A stretch of DNA of 64,000 nucleotides from Candidatus Latescibacterota bacterium (GCA_965116885.1 OZ220741.1:3968001-4032000), one strand, 5' to 3'. Shown: positions 37,362 through 47,831, counted from the stretch's first letter. The notes: a model not told the origin generated them from the sequence alone. Numbers and translations: made by a program.

Positions 37362-40058
37362 TTACATAGAAACGCCCAGTAGCCCTCGGGTGAATTGGAA
37401 GTCTGTGTTGCCCGTTAGCGGTGTTTTGGGTGTGTATTGACGAGAGGCGACGGCGATGATCTGGCGCAAGAGGGCGTCGGCATTGTGTTCGGGGTCGGCG
37501 TTGAAGATGAGGTCAAAGTCATCGCCGTAGGAATTGGCGACGCGTTCTTCGGCTGTTGTTTGAAGCATGGGGGTCAGGGGATGGCCCTGCAAGGGGTGAT
37601 CGCCCGAATAGGCGACAATGATATGGACGCCTGTGCCGCCCAATCCCGTGAGGGTTTCTACCCAGTGGTCGGTCTGGCTGTCCATGATGTGATAGCCCGG
37701 TTGGGCGGGATTTTGCCCGTGTGCAATAGTTGGGGCAGGTGGTGTGCTGCCCAGGACCTCGGATAGATAGATGGGATGGGACAGAAAACTCGCATTGTCG
37801 GGTATAACGAGCGTGGCACCTGTGCCAATCAGGGTTTGGGATAAAATAGCGAGCGATTGTGCGGCAATATCGGAAATAGAACCAGAAGCGTGAAGACCGA
37901 TGCGGAGTGCGGACAGGTGGGCGGGAGTGATTTCAGCAGGAGGCGTCTGCGTGAACTGGTTGAAAAAATAGGCTTCAACTTTGTCGAGAACGGCCTCAAT
38001 ACCGCCATCGAGTTGCACACTGGCCCATCCAAATGTATCGGGGCTGATTCCTCTATCGTCCAGTGCGTGCCGAATATAGTCGTTGTGGGTCTTTTCACAG
38101 CCGTGTTCCAATAACAGGCAGGTTTGTACGAGGGGGTGGGTGAGGTAGCCGAGCATGGTGCGCGTGTAGAGGCGTTCGGTGGCTTCTCCCGATACGCCGC
38201 ATCCTTCGGTGTGCGCGAGGGCGACAAAGCGCGAGATGCCCTTATCGTGGCCCAGCCCCTTTTCTGTGAGACGTTTTGCCGCCATTAGCGCGATTTGCCC
38301 CGAACACAGGCTGGTGGGTAGAATCAGGCCCAGGCGGTCGGTTGTGAATCCGTCCTGGGTGCGAATGGCCTCAAAGCTGTGTTCTTCATCAGCACCAAGT
38401 GTCTGAATAGCGAGCGGCACGCCCTGGGGGTCTGGCCGGTTCGTGAGATCGGACAGGTGATCTGTTGAGGTCTGTCGCCAGGTGCGCCATATCGAGACTT
38501 GCGCGTGTGCGGCCTTTTCGCCTTTGCTGCGTTCTCCAGAGGCGATTTTGCAGGTCAGGTCAAACATATCGCTGCCGAGGTCGTCCATGGAGGTGCCGTC
38601 CAGATATGCACCCGCGTTGACATCCATATCTTTGCTGAGCAACTGATAGCGTTCGGATGTGGTCACGATTTTGATGGTGGGTACAAAGGGGAAGTTTGTG
38701 ATTGAGCCATTACCCGTGACAAAAAAGATCATGTTGCATCCCGAAGCCACCTGGCCAGCGATGCTTTCAAGATCATTTCCCGGGCTGTCCATGAAATAAT
38801 ATCCTGGATCGGTCATTGGGGCGGAGTAGTCAATGACCGAATCGAGGCGAACATCTGGATGGCGTTTCATGGCTGCGCCAATTGATTTGAGAACGATATT
38901 GTAGAGGCCGCGAAACTTGTTGCCCCCGGAAGGGTTGCCTTCTGCTGTTGTGCCGTGCCATGCAGCGAAGGTTTTATAGGCTTCTACTTTGTCGAGAAAG
39001 CACTGGGCAACATCGTAAGATGATACATTTTGGAGAACGTAGGATTCTGCGCCAATGAGTTCGTCGGTTTCTGCGAGGTTGGCTGAGCCACCGTGGCGAA
39101 TGATCTCTCGTGCCACCCACGAAGCCAATGGATTGCCGGAGATGCCCGAGAATGCGTCTGATCCGCCGCATTGCAGTGCAATTTTGATGTGCGATAGGGG
39201 TTCGGGCGTGCGGACCATTGCCTGGACTTGTGGCAGCCATTTGACAATGATGTTTTCGCCCTGTTGTAGCGCGTTTTCAAAGCTGCCTTCAAGCGTGAGA
39301 AAATGGTGTAGAACATGGTCAATGGGATAATTGTTTTGCGCGAGAAATTCCCGAAGATGCTGGTTGGTGATGGCTTCGTGACCATAGTCGATTGCGAGTA
39401 CCGCACCGACGTTTGGGTGTACTGCAAATCCGGCGAGTGTACGCAATAAGAGGTCTTTGTTATTGGGGATTTCAGTGCCGCCGCCTTCGGTGTGGGCAAC
39501 CGCAACAATGCCATCGATATTGCGATAATCTCGTACGCGATCTTTTAATCTCGCTTCGAGCTGTTTAGCATAACTTGCTGTGCGAGAGGATGTTCCCAAA
39601 ATAACTATATTATTTCTCGTACCTGCACCTCGGCCTCCCGATCTTCTGTATCCCTGAAAATTACCGTAATGATCATAGCGTTCGACTTGCTCACCCGACT
39701 CAAAGGTCACCGCATCGATCTGGTGTGGAACAATGCGATCTTCAAAGTTGGGCACATTTGGAAGCTCAAAGTCGAGATCGCGGAGTTTGAGAGCACCAAG
39801 GATCTCTGGATTGCAGGCATAATCTCCAGGAGAGATATGGCGCGTTGCAATGCCAAAGGGCAGGCCCCACGAGAGGAGCGGTTCACCAGGCGCAATGGGT
39901 TGGATGGCAAAGCGATGGCCTTCGAGGATGGTGTGCCGAAGCGCGAAGGTGCGATCTGAATGGATAATCTGTGTGCCTCTGCCCAGTTTTCGGGTCGCAA
40001 TGCCGACATTGTCTCCCGGAAGAGGGGCACGACCGATTTCAGAAAAAGTATGTGTCAT
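37362..40058 (-). CDS. UxaA/GarD-family sugar-acid dehydratase, extended by an internal duplication
   Basis: N-terminal SAF-like region, HTEGGG, LQCGGSDAFSG, GNPSGGN, KSIGA..K, FVTGNGS; second HTEGCG module in the C-terminal third. Confidence 0.88.
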   Translation of the reverse strand: MTHTFSEIGRAPLPGDNVGIATRKLGRGTQIIHSDRTFALRHTILEGHRFAIQPIAPGEPLLSWGLPFGIATRHISPGDYACNPEILGALKLRDLDFELPNVPNFEDRIVPHQIDAVTFESGEQVERYDHYGNFQGYRRSGGRGAGTRNNIVILGTSSRTASYAKQLEARLKDRVRDYRNIDGIVAVAHTEGGGTEIPNNKDLLLRTLAGFAVHPNVGAVLAIDYGHEAITNQHLREFLAQNNYPIDHVLHHFLTLEGSFENALQQGENIIVKWLPQVQAMVRTPEPLSHIKIALQCGGSDAFSGISGNPLASWVAREIIRHGGSANLAETDELIGAESYVLQNVSSYDVAQCFLDKVEAYKTFAAWHGTTAEGNPSGGNKFRGLYNIVLKSIGAAMKRHPDVRLDSVIDYSAPMTDPGYYFMDSPGNDLESIAGQVASGCNMIFFVTGNGSITNFPFVPTIKIVTTSERYQLLSKDMDVNAGAYLDGTSMDDLGSDMFDLTCKIASGERSKGEKAAHAQVSIWRTWRQTSTDHLSDLTNRPDPQGVPLAIQTLGADEEHSFEAIRTQDGFTTDRLGLILPTSLCSGQIALMAAKRLTEKGLGHDKGISRFVALAHTEGCGVSGEATERLYTRTMLGYLTHPLVQTCLLLEHGCEKTHNDYIRHALDDRGISPDTFGWASVQLDGGIEAVLDKVEAYFFNQFTQTPPAEITPAHLSALRIGLHASGSISDIAAQSLAILSQTLIGTGATLVIPDNASFLSHPIYLSEVLGSTPPAPTIAHGQNPAQPGYHIMDSQTDHWVETLTGLGGTGVHIIVAYSGDHPLQGHPLTPMLQTTAEERVANSYGDDFDLIFNADPEHNADALLRQIIAVASRQYTPKTPLTGNTDFQFTRGLLGVSM

Positions 40059-40137
40059 AGATTGCATTCCTTTGAAAAGTTTGTTCACAGTTATACGGAA
40101 AAGAAAAAATGATGTCAAGTTTCATATAAAAAAGCCC

Positions 40138-40194
40138 TTGACAGATTATATACATTTGGTTTATGTTTTTATCAGTTGTTTTATTAGCAAAACA
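40138..40194 (+). promoter_or_regulatory. Promoter with adjacent inverted repeat upstream of the dtxR-feoAB operon
   Basis: TTGACA 40138-40143; TGTTTT-N6-AAAACA at 40177-40194. Confidence 0.45.
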
Positions 40195-40236
40195 TTGGTT
40201 AAACGGCTAAACGCACTGTTCGAGGGGGGTGGTCAT

Positions 40237-40761
40237 ATGATGGCATCCGATGTATGGAAAGAATACGAGAGCAACGAAATTTCTCATAGTGTTGCCCATC
40301 ATTTAACTGCCATTCACGAGTTGATGGACGATCTGGGTTATGCGCGGGTTTCAGATGTGGCGCGTACGCTGGAGATTACCCGAGGCAGTGCATCGCTGAC
40401 GCTCAAAGCCCTCAAGGGGCGTGGACTGGTCATCGAAGATCACAATAAGTTTTTAAAATTATCCGAAGATGGCCGTCGCATTGTCGATTCTATTTTAGCC
40501 AAACGCGCCGTTGTTCGCAAATTTCTCAACGAGGTGCTCAAACTCGACGAGCATCAAGCCGAAGTGGATGCGTGCAAGGTCGAGCATCTTTTAAGCGCGC
40601 AAACTGGTGGGCAATTGCTGCATTTTGTGCGTTTTTTGCTCTCTGATGATCCCACTGCGCGACAATTTCTCGCCGAGTTTTGGTCCAAACTGGATCAGAA
40701 TGAGGAGTGGCAGTGGCCCGTTCAGGATGTTGATCAATTATTCAATTTGGAGTCTCGATAA
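40237..40761 (+). CDS. DtxR/MntR-family metal-dependent regulator (no FeoA domain)
   Basis: HHLTAIHEL, ARVSDVAR.L, SASLTLK.L, DACKVEHLLS. Confidence 0.9.
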   Translation: MMASDVWKEYESNEISHSVAHHLTAIHELMDDLGYARVSDVARTLEITRGSASLTLKALKGRGLVIEDHNKFLKLSEDGRRIVDSILAKRAVVRKFLNEVLKLDEHQAEVDACKVEHLLSAQTGGQLLHFVRFLLSDDPTARQFLAEFWSKLDQNEEWQWPVQDVDQLFNLESR

Positions 40762-41003
40762 TGGCTTATGCAACGGAAGCTGCAACCCCACTTTCAATCT
40801 GGGACCGGGGGGATGAGGGTACTATTGAAGGCATTTCAGGTGCCAATCAACTGGCGGCCCGACTGCGCGAGATAGGTGCTATGCCAGGTGTCCCTGTTCG
40901 CGTGTTGCGCGTTGGGAGCACTGTGGTCATTCAGGTGGGTAGCAGCAGATTTTGCTTGCGGAAAACCGATGCTGCATGCATTAAAGGAATGAAAGCAGCC
41001 TGA
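40761..41003 (+). CDS. feoA: Ferrous iron transport protein A
   Basis: RLREIG.MPG..VRVLR, SRFCLR...A; directly before feoB. Confidence 0.88.
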   Translation: MAYATEAATPLSIWDRGDEGTIEGISGANQLAARLREIGAMPGVPVRVLRVGSTVVIQVGSSRFCLRKTDAACIKGMKAA

Positions 41004-41010
41004 TTTTATT

Positions 41011-43191
41011 ATGGCAATGAATATAGCGGATCGAGAGCAACCTTATGTGGGTCGTGCCACGGTCGCTGTGGTTGGCAATCCCAATACGGGTAAGACAACG
41101 CTTTTTAATGCTCTAACGGGGCTTTCACAGCGCGTGGGAAATTTCCCCGGTGTTACGGTTGAGCGCAAGGTTGGACAATTGACATTGCCCGATATCGGTG
41201 CGATTGACCTGCTGGATTTGCCCGGGACATACAGTCTTTCAGCCAAGTCGCCAGATGAACTTATTGCTGTTGAAGTAATGATGGGGTTGTTGAAGAGCGA
41301 GAGCGCCATCCAGGCCGTGCTCGTGGTTCTCGACGCCAGCAATTTGCGGCGTAGCTTATATATCGTATCTCAACTTCTCGAAATTGATTTGCCCCTGGTT
41401 GTGGCCCTCAATATGTTAGATGTGGCCAAGGCCAGGGGCATTGTTATTGATGCACTTGCTCTAAGCGGGCGTTTGGGCATTCCAGTTATTCCCATACAGG
41501 CGAATAAACGTGTAGGGCTTGACGAGTTGAAAGAAGTGCTTTCTCGGGTTGTTGAAAAAGGCACGGTTCCACCACGCAAGTCGGTATTGCCACAGTCCTG
41601 GTGGACAGAAGCCGAGCAGTTGGCGCAAAAATACGAAGGCGTATCTACGGGTCTGGTGCTGCGTGTTTTAATTGACAATCAAAATGCCTTTGCATCCCAT
41701 GTTGTGGAACGCTTTGGCGATGACTTTGCCGCTGATCTTCACGCATTGCGAGCGCAGGTTAATATGGATGATGTGCTGGCGAATCGGGAGATCGAATTGC
41801 GCTATAGATGGATCGATGAGGCTCTCGATGACGTGTTGCGCGATCCCGAACCGCTTCGCGTGACCCGTTCTGATCGACTGGATCGTTTTTTGACACACCC
41901 GATCTGGGGTAGCCTGAGTTTTGCTGTAATTATGGCCTTTGTTTTTCAAGCGATTTTTTCGTGGGCCGTACCCTTAATGGACAGTATCGACGCGCTGTTT
42001 GGGGTGGTTGGTGGATGGGCTTCGGGTTATTTTCCCGAGGGTGCGCTGCAAAGTATGGTGGTGGATGGGGTGATTGCCGGGGTAGGGGGTGTGGTCATTT
42101 TTTTGCCCCAGATTTGTATTCTGTTCCTCTTTATTGCCATACTGGAAGATTGTGGTTACATGGCCCGCGCTGCGCTGTTGATGGATCGCCTGCTAACGCC
42201 TTGTGGTTTGTCGGGAAAGTCTTTTATTCCTCTTTTGTCGAGTTTTGCCTGTGCGATTCCGGGAGTGATGGCTACGCGAACGATCAATGATCCCAAAGAC
42301 CGCATTGCCACGATGCTGGTCGCGCCGTTGATGAGTTGCTCTGCGCGTTTGCCGGTGTACGCGATTTTTATTGGCGCTTTTATTCCCGATCGAGATGTTT
42401 GGGGAGGCATTGGCCTGCAAGGGCTTACGCTTTTCGCGCTGTATTGCACAGGGATTTTTGTGGCTATTCCCATTGCGTGGATTTTAAAAAAGACGCTGTT
42501 GAGAGGACAGCCCACGCCTTTTTTGCTCGAGTTGCCGTCTTACAAAATTCCAGATGTGGGTACTGTTGGGATGCGTATTTACCAAAGTGGTCGGCATTTT
42601 CTCGAAAGAGCCGGCACGTTGATTCTCGCCGCGACTATTGTGATGTGGGCACTGGCGTATTTCCCGCGGTCTGAAACAATTGCCGCGCATTACGAGGCTG
42701 AGCGCGAGCGGTTGGTTGGGGCGCCGGAGGAGATTTTGGATGATTTGCGCGCGAAAGAGGCTGGCGAGATGCTCCAGCAGAGTTTTTTGGGGCGGATGGG
42801 GCAGGCCATTGAACCCGTCGTAGAACCGCTGGGATGGGATTGGCGGATTGGGATGGCGGCGCTGGCATCTTTTCCGGCTCGGGAAGTGATAGTCGCGGTT
42901 CTGGGTACCATTTACAGTCTGGGAGAGGTGGATGAGGAATCGGCGTCGCTTAGAGACGCGCTTCGGTCAGCAACATGGTCGGATGGACGAAAGGTATTTA
43001 ATATCCCGGTTGCGCTGTCTATTATGGTGTTCTTTGCACTGTGCGCGCAGTGCGTTTCTACGCTTGCGGTTATTCAGCGCGAAACGGGTGCCTGGCGGTG
43101 GCCCGTGCTAACTTTTGTTTATATGACGGTGCTCGCCTATATCGGCGCGTTTGTCACTTATCGTCTTGGTATGGCACTTGGATGGGGGTAG
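41011..43191 (+). CDS. feoB: Ferrous iron transport protein B
   Basis: GNPNTGKTT, NFPGVTVE, DLPGTYSL, NMLD, LEDCGYMAR, MSCSARLPVY. Confidence 0.97.
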   Translation: MAMNIADREQPYVGRATVAVVGNPNTGKTTLFNALTGLSQRVGNFPGVTVERKVGQLTLPDIGAIDLLDLPGTYSLSAKSPDELIAVEVMMGLLKSESAIQAVLVVLDASNLRRSLYIVSQLLEIDLPLVVALNMLDVAKARGIVIDALALSGRLGIPVIPIQANKRVGLDELKEVLSRVVEKGTVPPRKSVLPQSWWTEAEQLAQKYEGVSTGLVLRVLIDNQNAFASHVVERFGDDFAADLHALRAQVNMDDVLANREIELRYRWIDEALDDVLRDPEPLRVTRSDRLDRFLTHPIWGSLSFAVIMAFVFQAIFSWAVPLMDSIDALFGVVGGWASGYFPEGALQSMVVDGVIAGVGGVVIFLPQICILFLFIAILEDCGYMARAALLMDRLLTPCGLSGKSFIPLLSSFACAIPGVMATRTINDPKDRIATMLVAPLMSCSARLPVYAIFIGAFIPDRDVWGGIGLQGLTLFALYCTGIFVAIPIAWILKKTLLRGQPTPFLLELPSYKIPDVGTVGMRIYQSGRHFLERAGTLILAATIVMWALAYFPRSETIAAHYEAERERLVGAPEEILDDLRAKEAGEMLQQSFLGRMGQAIEPVVEPLGWDWRIGMAALASFPAREVIVAVLGTIYSLGEVDEESASLRDALRSATWSDGRKVFNIPVALSIMVFFALCAQCVSTLAVIQRETGAWRWPVLTFVYMTVLAYIGAFVTYRLGMALGWG

Positions 43192-43195
43192 TGAT

Positions 43196-43345
43196 ATGAC
43201 CGACTGGCAAAATTGGATCGCGGTTGCAGTGGCACTCTGGTGTGCCTATCGCGTCATTGGCGAGGTCGTAAGGCCGTTTTTGACTTCGTCGTGTTCAGGC
43301 TGTGGCGGAGAAGCAAAGCGCGAGGATTTGATTGAGATTGAATAA
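43196..43345 (+). CDS. FeoB-associated Cys-rich small membrane protein
   Basis: 49 aa, one TM then CSGCGG, immediately after feoB. Confidence 0.7.
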   Translation: MTDWQNWIAVAVALWCAYRVIGEVVRPFLTSSCSGCGGEAKREDLIEIE

Positions 43346-43375
43346 GCAGGGAAGAACGGACATTTCGTTTTGTAT

Positions 43376-43414
43376 AAAAACCCTTCAATCTATGGATTGG
43401 AGGGTTTTTCTTTT
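43376..43414 (+). terminator. Intrinsic terminator after the feo operon
   Basis: AAAAACCCTTCAATC-TATG-GATTGGAGGGTTTTT. Confidence 0.8.
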
Positions 43415-43442
43415 CTTGACCGGATCCCTTGATTTTTTTATT

Positions 43443-43458
43443 TTTAGTTATAGCTAAA
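43443..43458. promoter_or_regulatory. Candidate DtxR/MntR operator upstream of the metal ABC operon
   Basis: TTTAG-TTATAG-CTAAA palindrome in an AT-rich promoter region. Confidence 0.5.
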
Positions 43459-43512
43459 TTATATTTTAGTAGTAATATAAGAAGTCTTGTAGGCATGTAT
43501 AACGGAGGGTAT

Positions 43513-44427
43513 ATGTATAAATTTTTCATTATAGCTGGCGTTTTGTTGCTGTGCGCGTGTGGTGGAGGCGAAACGCCGCCGGTTGAACAAGACAAAAGGC
43601 TGGTGGTGTGTACGACCGGGATGGTCGGCGATCTGGTGCGCCATGTTGCGGGGGATCGCGCTGAGGTGATTTCCCTGATGGGACCTGGGGTTGATCCGCA
43701 TTATTACAAGGCGACGCAGGGCGATTTGCAGAAACTGTCTCGAGCAGATGTGATATTTTACAATGGTCTCTTTCTGGAAGGCAAGCTGGAAGGTATTTTT
43801 GAAAAGATGGCACGCAGCAAGACAGTGATTCCAGTATCGCGGGATATTCCCAAAGAGAGGCTGCGGGAACCGGCTGCTGGACAAGGGGAGCACGATCCGC
43901 ATATCTGGTTTGATGTCGGCATGTGGGCAGAGACTCTGCAGGTGGTTGTCCAGACACTGAGTGAGCGTGACGCCGAAGGCGCCGATGTATTTCGAGCCAA
44001 TGCCGAGGCGTATCGCAAGCAATTGCTTGACCTTGACATCTGGGCAAAAGCGCAGATTGCACATATTCCCAGCAATCAGCGTGTGTTGATTACGGCACAC
44101 GACGCCTTTGGATATTTTGGCCTTGCTTACGGCATTGAAGTGCGCGGGCTTCAGGGGATTTCGACGGTGGCCGAATACGGCGTCAATGATGTGTCGCTGC
44201 TGGTGGATTTTATCGTCAAACGGCGGGTAAAAGCCATTTTTGTGGAAAGCAGTGTGCCCGAGCGTTCGATCAATGCCGTGCGCGAGGGTTGCAAGGCGCA
44301 GGGGTGGGATGTCGCAATTGGCGGTACGTTGTATTCCGACGCGATGGGACCTGCGGGCAGTGGGGCAGATACGTATATCGGTATGGTGAGGTCAAATGTG
44401 AACACAATTGTCGGGGCGTTAAAATAA
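43513..44427 (+). CDS. troA: Mn/Zn/Fe ABC transporter substrate-binding lipoprotein (TroA/MntA type)
   Basis: Lipobox LCAC; GVDPH.Y, DPHIWFD, TAHDAFGYF, LYSDA. Confidence 0.9.
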   Translation: MYKFFIIAGVLLLCACGGGETPPVEQDKRLVVCTTGMVGDLVRHVAGDRAEVISLMGPGVDPHYYKATQGDLQKLSRADVIFYNGLFLEGKLEGIFEKMARSKTVIPVSRDIPKERLREPAAGQGEHDPHIWFDVGMWAETLQVVVQTLSERDAEGADVFRANAEAYRKQLLDLDIWAKAQIAHIPSNQRVLITAHDAFGYFGLAYGIEVRGLQGISTVAEYGVNDVSLLVDFIVKRRVKAIFVESSVPERSINAVREGCKAQGWDVAIGGTLYSDAMGPAGSGADTYIGMVRSNVNTIVGALK

Positions 44428-45212
44428 TGTTACATGCTGTTGATGAATCGGTGACACCTATTCATATTCACGATATGACGGTGGCGTATCACAAGAAACC
44501 CGTTCTGTGGGATGTCGATCTCGCCGTGCCTGAAGGCAAACTCGTGGGGATTGTGGGGCCCAATGGCGCGGGCAAGAGCACGATGATCAAAGCCATTATG
44601 GATCTCGTGCCCAAGGCTTCGGGATGGGTTCATATCTACGGCAAACCCTATTCGCGCATGCGCCAGACCATTGGCTATGTGCCGCAACGCGAGTCAGTGG
44701 ATTGGGATTTTCCCATCAATGCCTTAGATGTGGTACTTATGGGGCGTTATGGGCACGTTGGTTGGGTGAGACGTCCGGATAAAATCGATAGAGAACTGGC
44801 TGAGGAAGCGCTCGAAAAGGTTGGTATGACCGATTTTGGGCATCGGCAGATCAATCAGCTTTCGGGAGGCCAGCAACAGCGGGTTTTCCTGGCTCGAGCC
44901 CTGGCGCAAGACGCACAAGTTTATTTAATGGACGAACCCTTTGCTGGCGTGGATGCGGCGACCGAACGCGCCATTATTGATATTTTGATGGATCTGAGGG
45001 CGAGAAAAAAGACCATGCTGGTTGTACATCACGATTTGCATACAGTGAACCAGTATTTTGACTGGCTGGTTTTGATCAATATGCGGGTCGTTGCCGCGGG
45101 TGAGACGAAAGATGTGTTCACCGATGATAATTTGAATAAAACCTACGGCGGACGGTTGACGGTTCTTTCTGAAGCCGCACAGGCTGTTGCCCATCATCAG
45201 CGGGGTTTATGA
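44427..45212 (+). CDS. troB: Metal ABC transporter ATP-binding protein
   Basis: GPNGAGKST, YVPQR, LSGGQQQR, DEPFAGVD, VHHDL. Confidence 0.93.
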   Translation: MLHAVDESVTPIHIHDMTVAYHKKPVLWDVDLAVPEGKLVGIVGPNGAGKSTMIKAIMDLVPKASGWVHIYGKPYSRMRQTIGYVPQRESVDWDFPINALDVVLMGRYGHVGWVRRPDKIDRELAEEALEKVGMTDFGHRQINQLSGGQQQRVFLARALAQDAQVYLMDEPFAGVDAATERAIIDILMDLRARKKTMLVVHHDLHTVNQYFDWLVLINMRVVAAGETKDVFTDDNLNKTYGGRLTVLSEAAQAVAHHQRGL

Positions 45213-45213
45213 G

Positions 45214-46500
45214 GTGATTTGGGACGCGACATTTCAACTGGTTTTACTCGGCTCGCTATTGATCGGGGCAACATCGGGCACGCTGGGTGCATTTGCCGTG
45301 TTGCGGCGGCGCAGCCTTTTGGGAGATGCACTGGCGCATGCAGCACTTCCGGGTGTTGCGCTGGCATTTCTATGGACGCAGAGCAAGGCATTGCCCATTC
45401 TGCTTTTGGGCGCGACAGTTTCCGGTGTGGTGGGCGTGCTTATTATTGAGGCCATTGTCAATTATACGCGCATCAAAGCAGACGCCGCGCTGGGCATTGT
45501 TCTTTCGGTATTTTTTGGTGGGGGAATTGTATTGCTCACGCATATTCAACAAAGCGAGGTGGGCAATCAAAGTGGTCTGGATAAATTTCTTTTTGGACAG
45601 GCAGCTTCCATCGTGCGTGCTGATCTGTATGTGATGTGCATTGTGTCTGCGCTGGTTATGATTGCGGTTTTTCTTTTTTTTAAGGAGTTTAAAGGACTCA
45701 TTTTCGATGCGGAATTTCTTTCAGCGCTGGGATTTTCTCAGCGTGTGGTCGATCTTTTGTTGATGGGATTGATCGTGCTTACCGTTATGGTGGGGCTTCA
45801 GGCTGTGGGGGTTATTCTCATTGCTGCGATGTTGATTACCCCGGCTGCTGCTGCGCGGTTTTGGACAGATCGACTGCATGTGATGGTGCTGGTGTCGGGC
45901 ATTTTGGGCGCGTTATGCGGTGCGCTGGGCGTTGGCCTGAGCGCGCTGGCACCCCGAATCCCAACGGGGCCAGTGATGGTGCTGGTTGCAACGGCTGCAT
46001 TTCTCATTTCTGTGCTGATTGCCCCCAGACGCGGGGTGCTCGCCAGATGGGCACGGCTCAGGGCAAATGCGTTGCGAGAGAATGGTCAGCATTTTTTGCG
46101 GGCATATCTCGCATTGCAGACGCAGGACAAGGCGGAGGTCGTATTGGCGGACCTCGCCAGCGAGCTTCAGTTGCCACTTTATCGCGTGCGTCGGCTTGCA
46201 AAGCGTCTCGCGCGCGATAGATGGGTAAGCCTGCGCAATGGTGCGTGTTCTTTGACGGAATTGGGACACAAAGAGGCGAATTTTGTGGTCAAATCCCATC
46301 AGCTATGGGAGTATTATCTGGTTTATCGGTCTATCTTAGAGGAGGATCACGTGGATAGACCCGCTGATGAAGTCGAGCACATTTTAACGCCTGAGATTAT
46401 TGAACAGCTCGAATCAATTCTGGCACAAGAAGGTATAGATGTTTCGGGAGATATCCACAAAACGCACAGTGGCTATCGGAGGGCCGGTAAAGATGGATGA
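45214..46500 (+). CDS. troC: Metal ABC permease with C-terminal DtxR-like domain
   Basis: GDALAHAALPG permease motif; C-terminal LADLASEL..., HQLWEYYL, ADEVEHILTPE. Confidence 0.88.
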   Translation: MIWDATFQLVLLGSLLIGATSGTLGAFAVLRRRSLLGDALAHAALPGVALAFLWTQSKALPILLLGATVSGVVGVLIIEAIVNYTRIKADAALGIVLSVFFGGGIVLLTHIQQSEVGNQSGLDKFLFGQAASIVRADLYVMCIVSALVMIAVFLFFKEFKGLIFDAEFLSALGFSQRVVDLLLMGLIVLTVMVGLQAVGVILIAAMLITPAAAARFWTDRLHVMVLVSGILGALCGALGVGLSALAPRIPTGPVMVLVATAAFLISVLIAPRRGVLARWARLRANALRENGQHFLRAYLALQTQDKAEVVLADLASELQLPLYRVRRLAKRLARDRWVSLRNGACSLTELGHKEANFVVKSHQLWEYYLVYRSILEEDHVDRPADEVEHILTPEIIEQLESILAQEGIDVSGDIHKTHSGYRRAGKDG

Positions 46501-47767
46501 GTTTTGGGGACCATTTTGGATTGTGCTTGCAGGTGCGCTGGCCGGAGCATCGTGCGGTTTGTTGGGCGCGTATCTCGTGTTGCGCAAAATGTCGCTTTTG
46601 GGCGATGCACTAAGCCATGCTGTTTTGCCGGGTATTGTTATTGCGTTTCTGCTTTCGGGCAGCCGCGATGTGATTCCGATGTTTATTGGTGCTGCTATAT
46701 GTGGCGTGATTGCCACGGTGTTAATTGAGACATTTCACCGCAGGTGGCGCGTGCAAGAAGATTCATCGATAGGCATTGCTTTTACAGCGCTTTTTGCGCT
46801 GGGGGTTGTTTTGATCACGGCATTTGCCGGGCAGGTCGATCTCGATCAGGAATGCGTCCTTTACGGGGAGATCGCGTACACGCCCTGGGACCGCCTGTTC
46901 TGGGGAGACTGGGACCTGGGACCGCGTCCGGTCTGGGTTCTCGGAACGGTATTTGCGCTTAATATCGCGCTTGTCCTGGTGTTCTACAAAGAGCTTTTGA
47001 TCGCGTCTTTCGATGCCGAGATGGCGCTTTCTGTGGGCGTGAGTGCCGCGCTGGTACATTATATGCTGATGGGAGCCGTTTCTGTGACGACTGTGGCTGC
47101 ATTTGAGTCCGTAGGGGCTATCCTCGTTGTGGCAATGCTGATTGTTCCCGGTGCCTCGGCTTATTTGTGGAGCGATCGGTTAAAAGTCATTTTGATGCTG
47201 TCTGCGCTGATGGGCGTTATTTCCGCAATAGCCGGATATTTCCTCGCAGGGGTTTGGAATAGTTCTATTGCCGGGGCTATGGTTGTGGTTATGGGGGTGC
47301 TGTTCGCGCTTTCCCTGATTTTTGCACCTCACTATGGGTTGCTGGGGCGATTTGTACGGCAGATGCGACTCTCTTTGCGGGTTGCGCGAGATCACGTCTT
47401 GTTGAAGTTGCTCCGCGAGCGGGAATCGCAGCGCGTCTCTGCGCTCAGCTGGGGCGACCTGGTCGATACGGCTGCACGTTGGGTGTCTGGGGTTGCGATT
47501 CGGTCGTTGATGTGGCAAGGGCTGATCTCGAGGGAAAATGGACATTTTTCGCTGGGAGAACAGGGCGTTATATATGCGACCAGATTGCTCCGCAATCACA
47601 GGCTTTGGGAGTCTTATCTGAATCAATTGGGGCTTCCGCCCGATCATGTACACGACCCTGCCGACGCGCTGGAACACTTTACGGATGACCACCTGCGGGA
47701 AGAAATTCGAGCGGCTTTGCCCAATATCGCCACTGATCCGCAGGGCAAGCGCATTCCCGATGGATAG
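46493..47767 (+). CDS. troD: Metal ABC permease with C-terminal DtxR-like domain
   Basis: GDALSHAVLPG, VDLDQECVLYGE; C-terminal RNHRLWESYL, ADALEHF, DPQGKRIP. Confidence 0.88.
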   Translation: MDEFWGPFWIVLAGALAGASCGLLGAYLVLRKMSLLGDALSHAVLPGIVIAFLLSGSRDVIPMFIGAAICGVIATVLIETFHRRWRVQEDSSIGIAFTALFALGVVLITAFAGQVDLDQECVLYGEIAYTPWDRLFWGDWDLGPRPVWVLGTVFALNIALVLVFYKELLIASFDAEMALSVGVSAALVHYMLMGAVSVTTVAAFESVGAILVVAMLIVPGASAYLWSDRLKVILMLSALMGVISAIAGYFLAGVWNSSIAGAMVVVMGVLFALSLIFAPHYGLLGRFVRQMRLSLRVARDHVLLKLLRERESQRVSALSWGDLVDTAARWVSGVAIRSLMWQGLISRENGHFSLGEQGVIYATRLLRNHRLWESYLNQLGLPPDHVHDPADALEHFTDDHLREEIRAALPNIATDPQGKRIPDG

Positions 47768-47831
47768 GATATGCTTGCTTGTATGTGAGGTTTATCTTAC
47801 TTTTGTTTGATAGCTATTTGGGGGAAGGACA

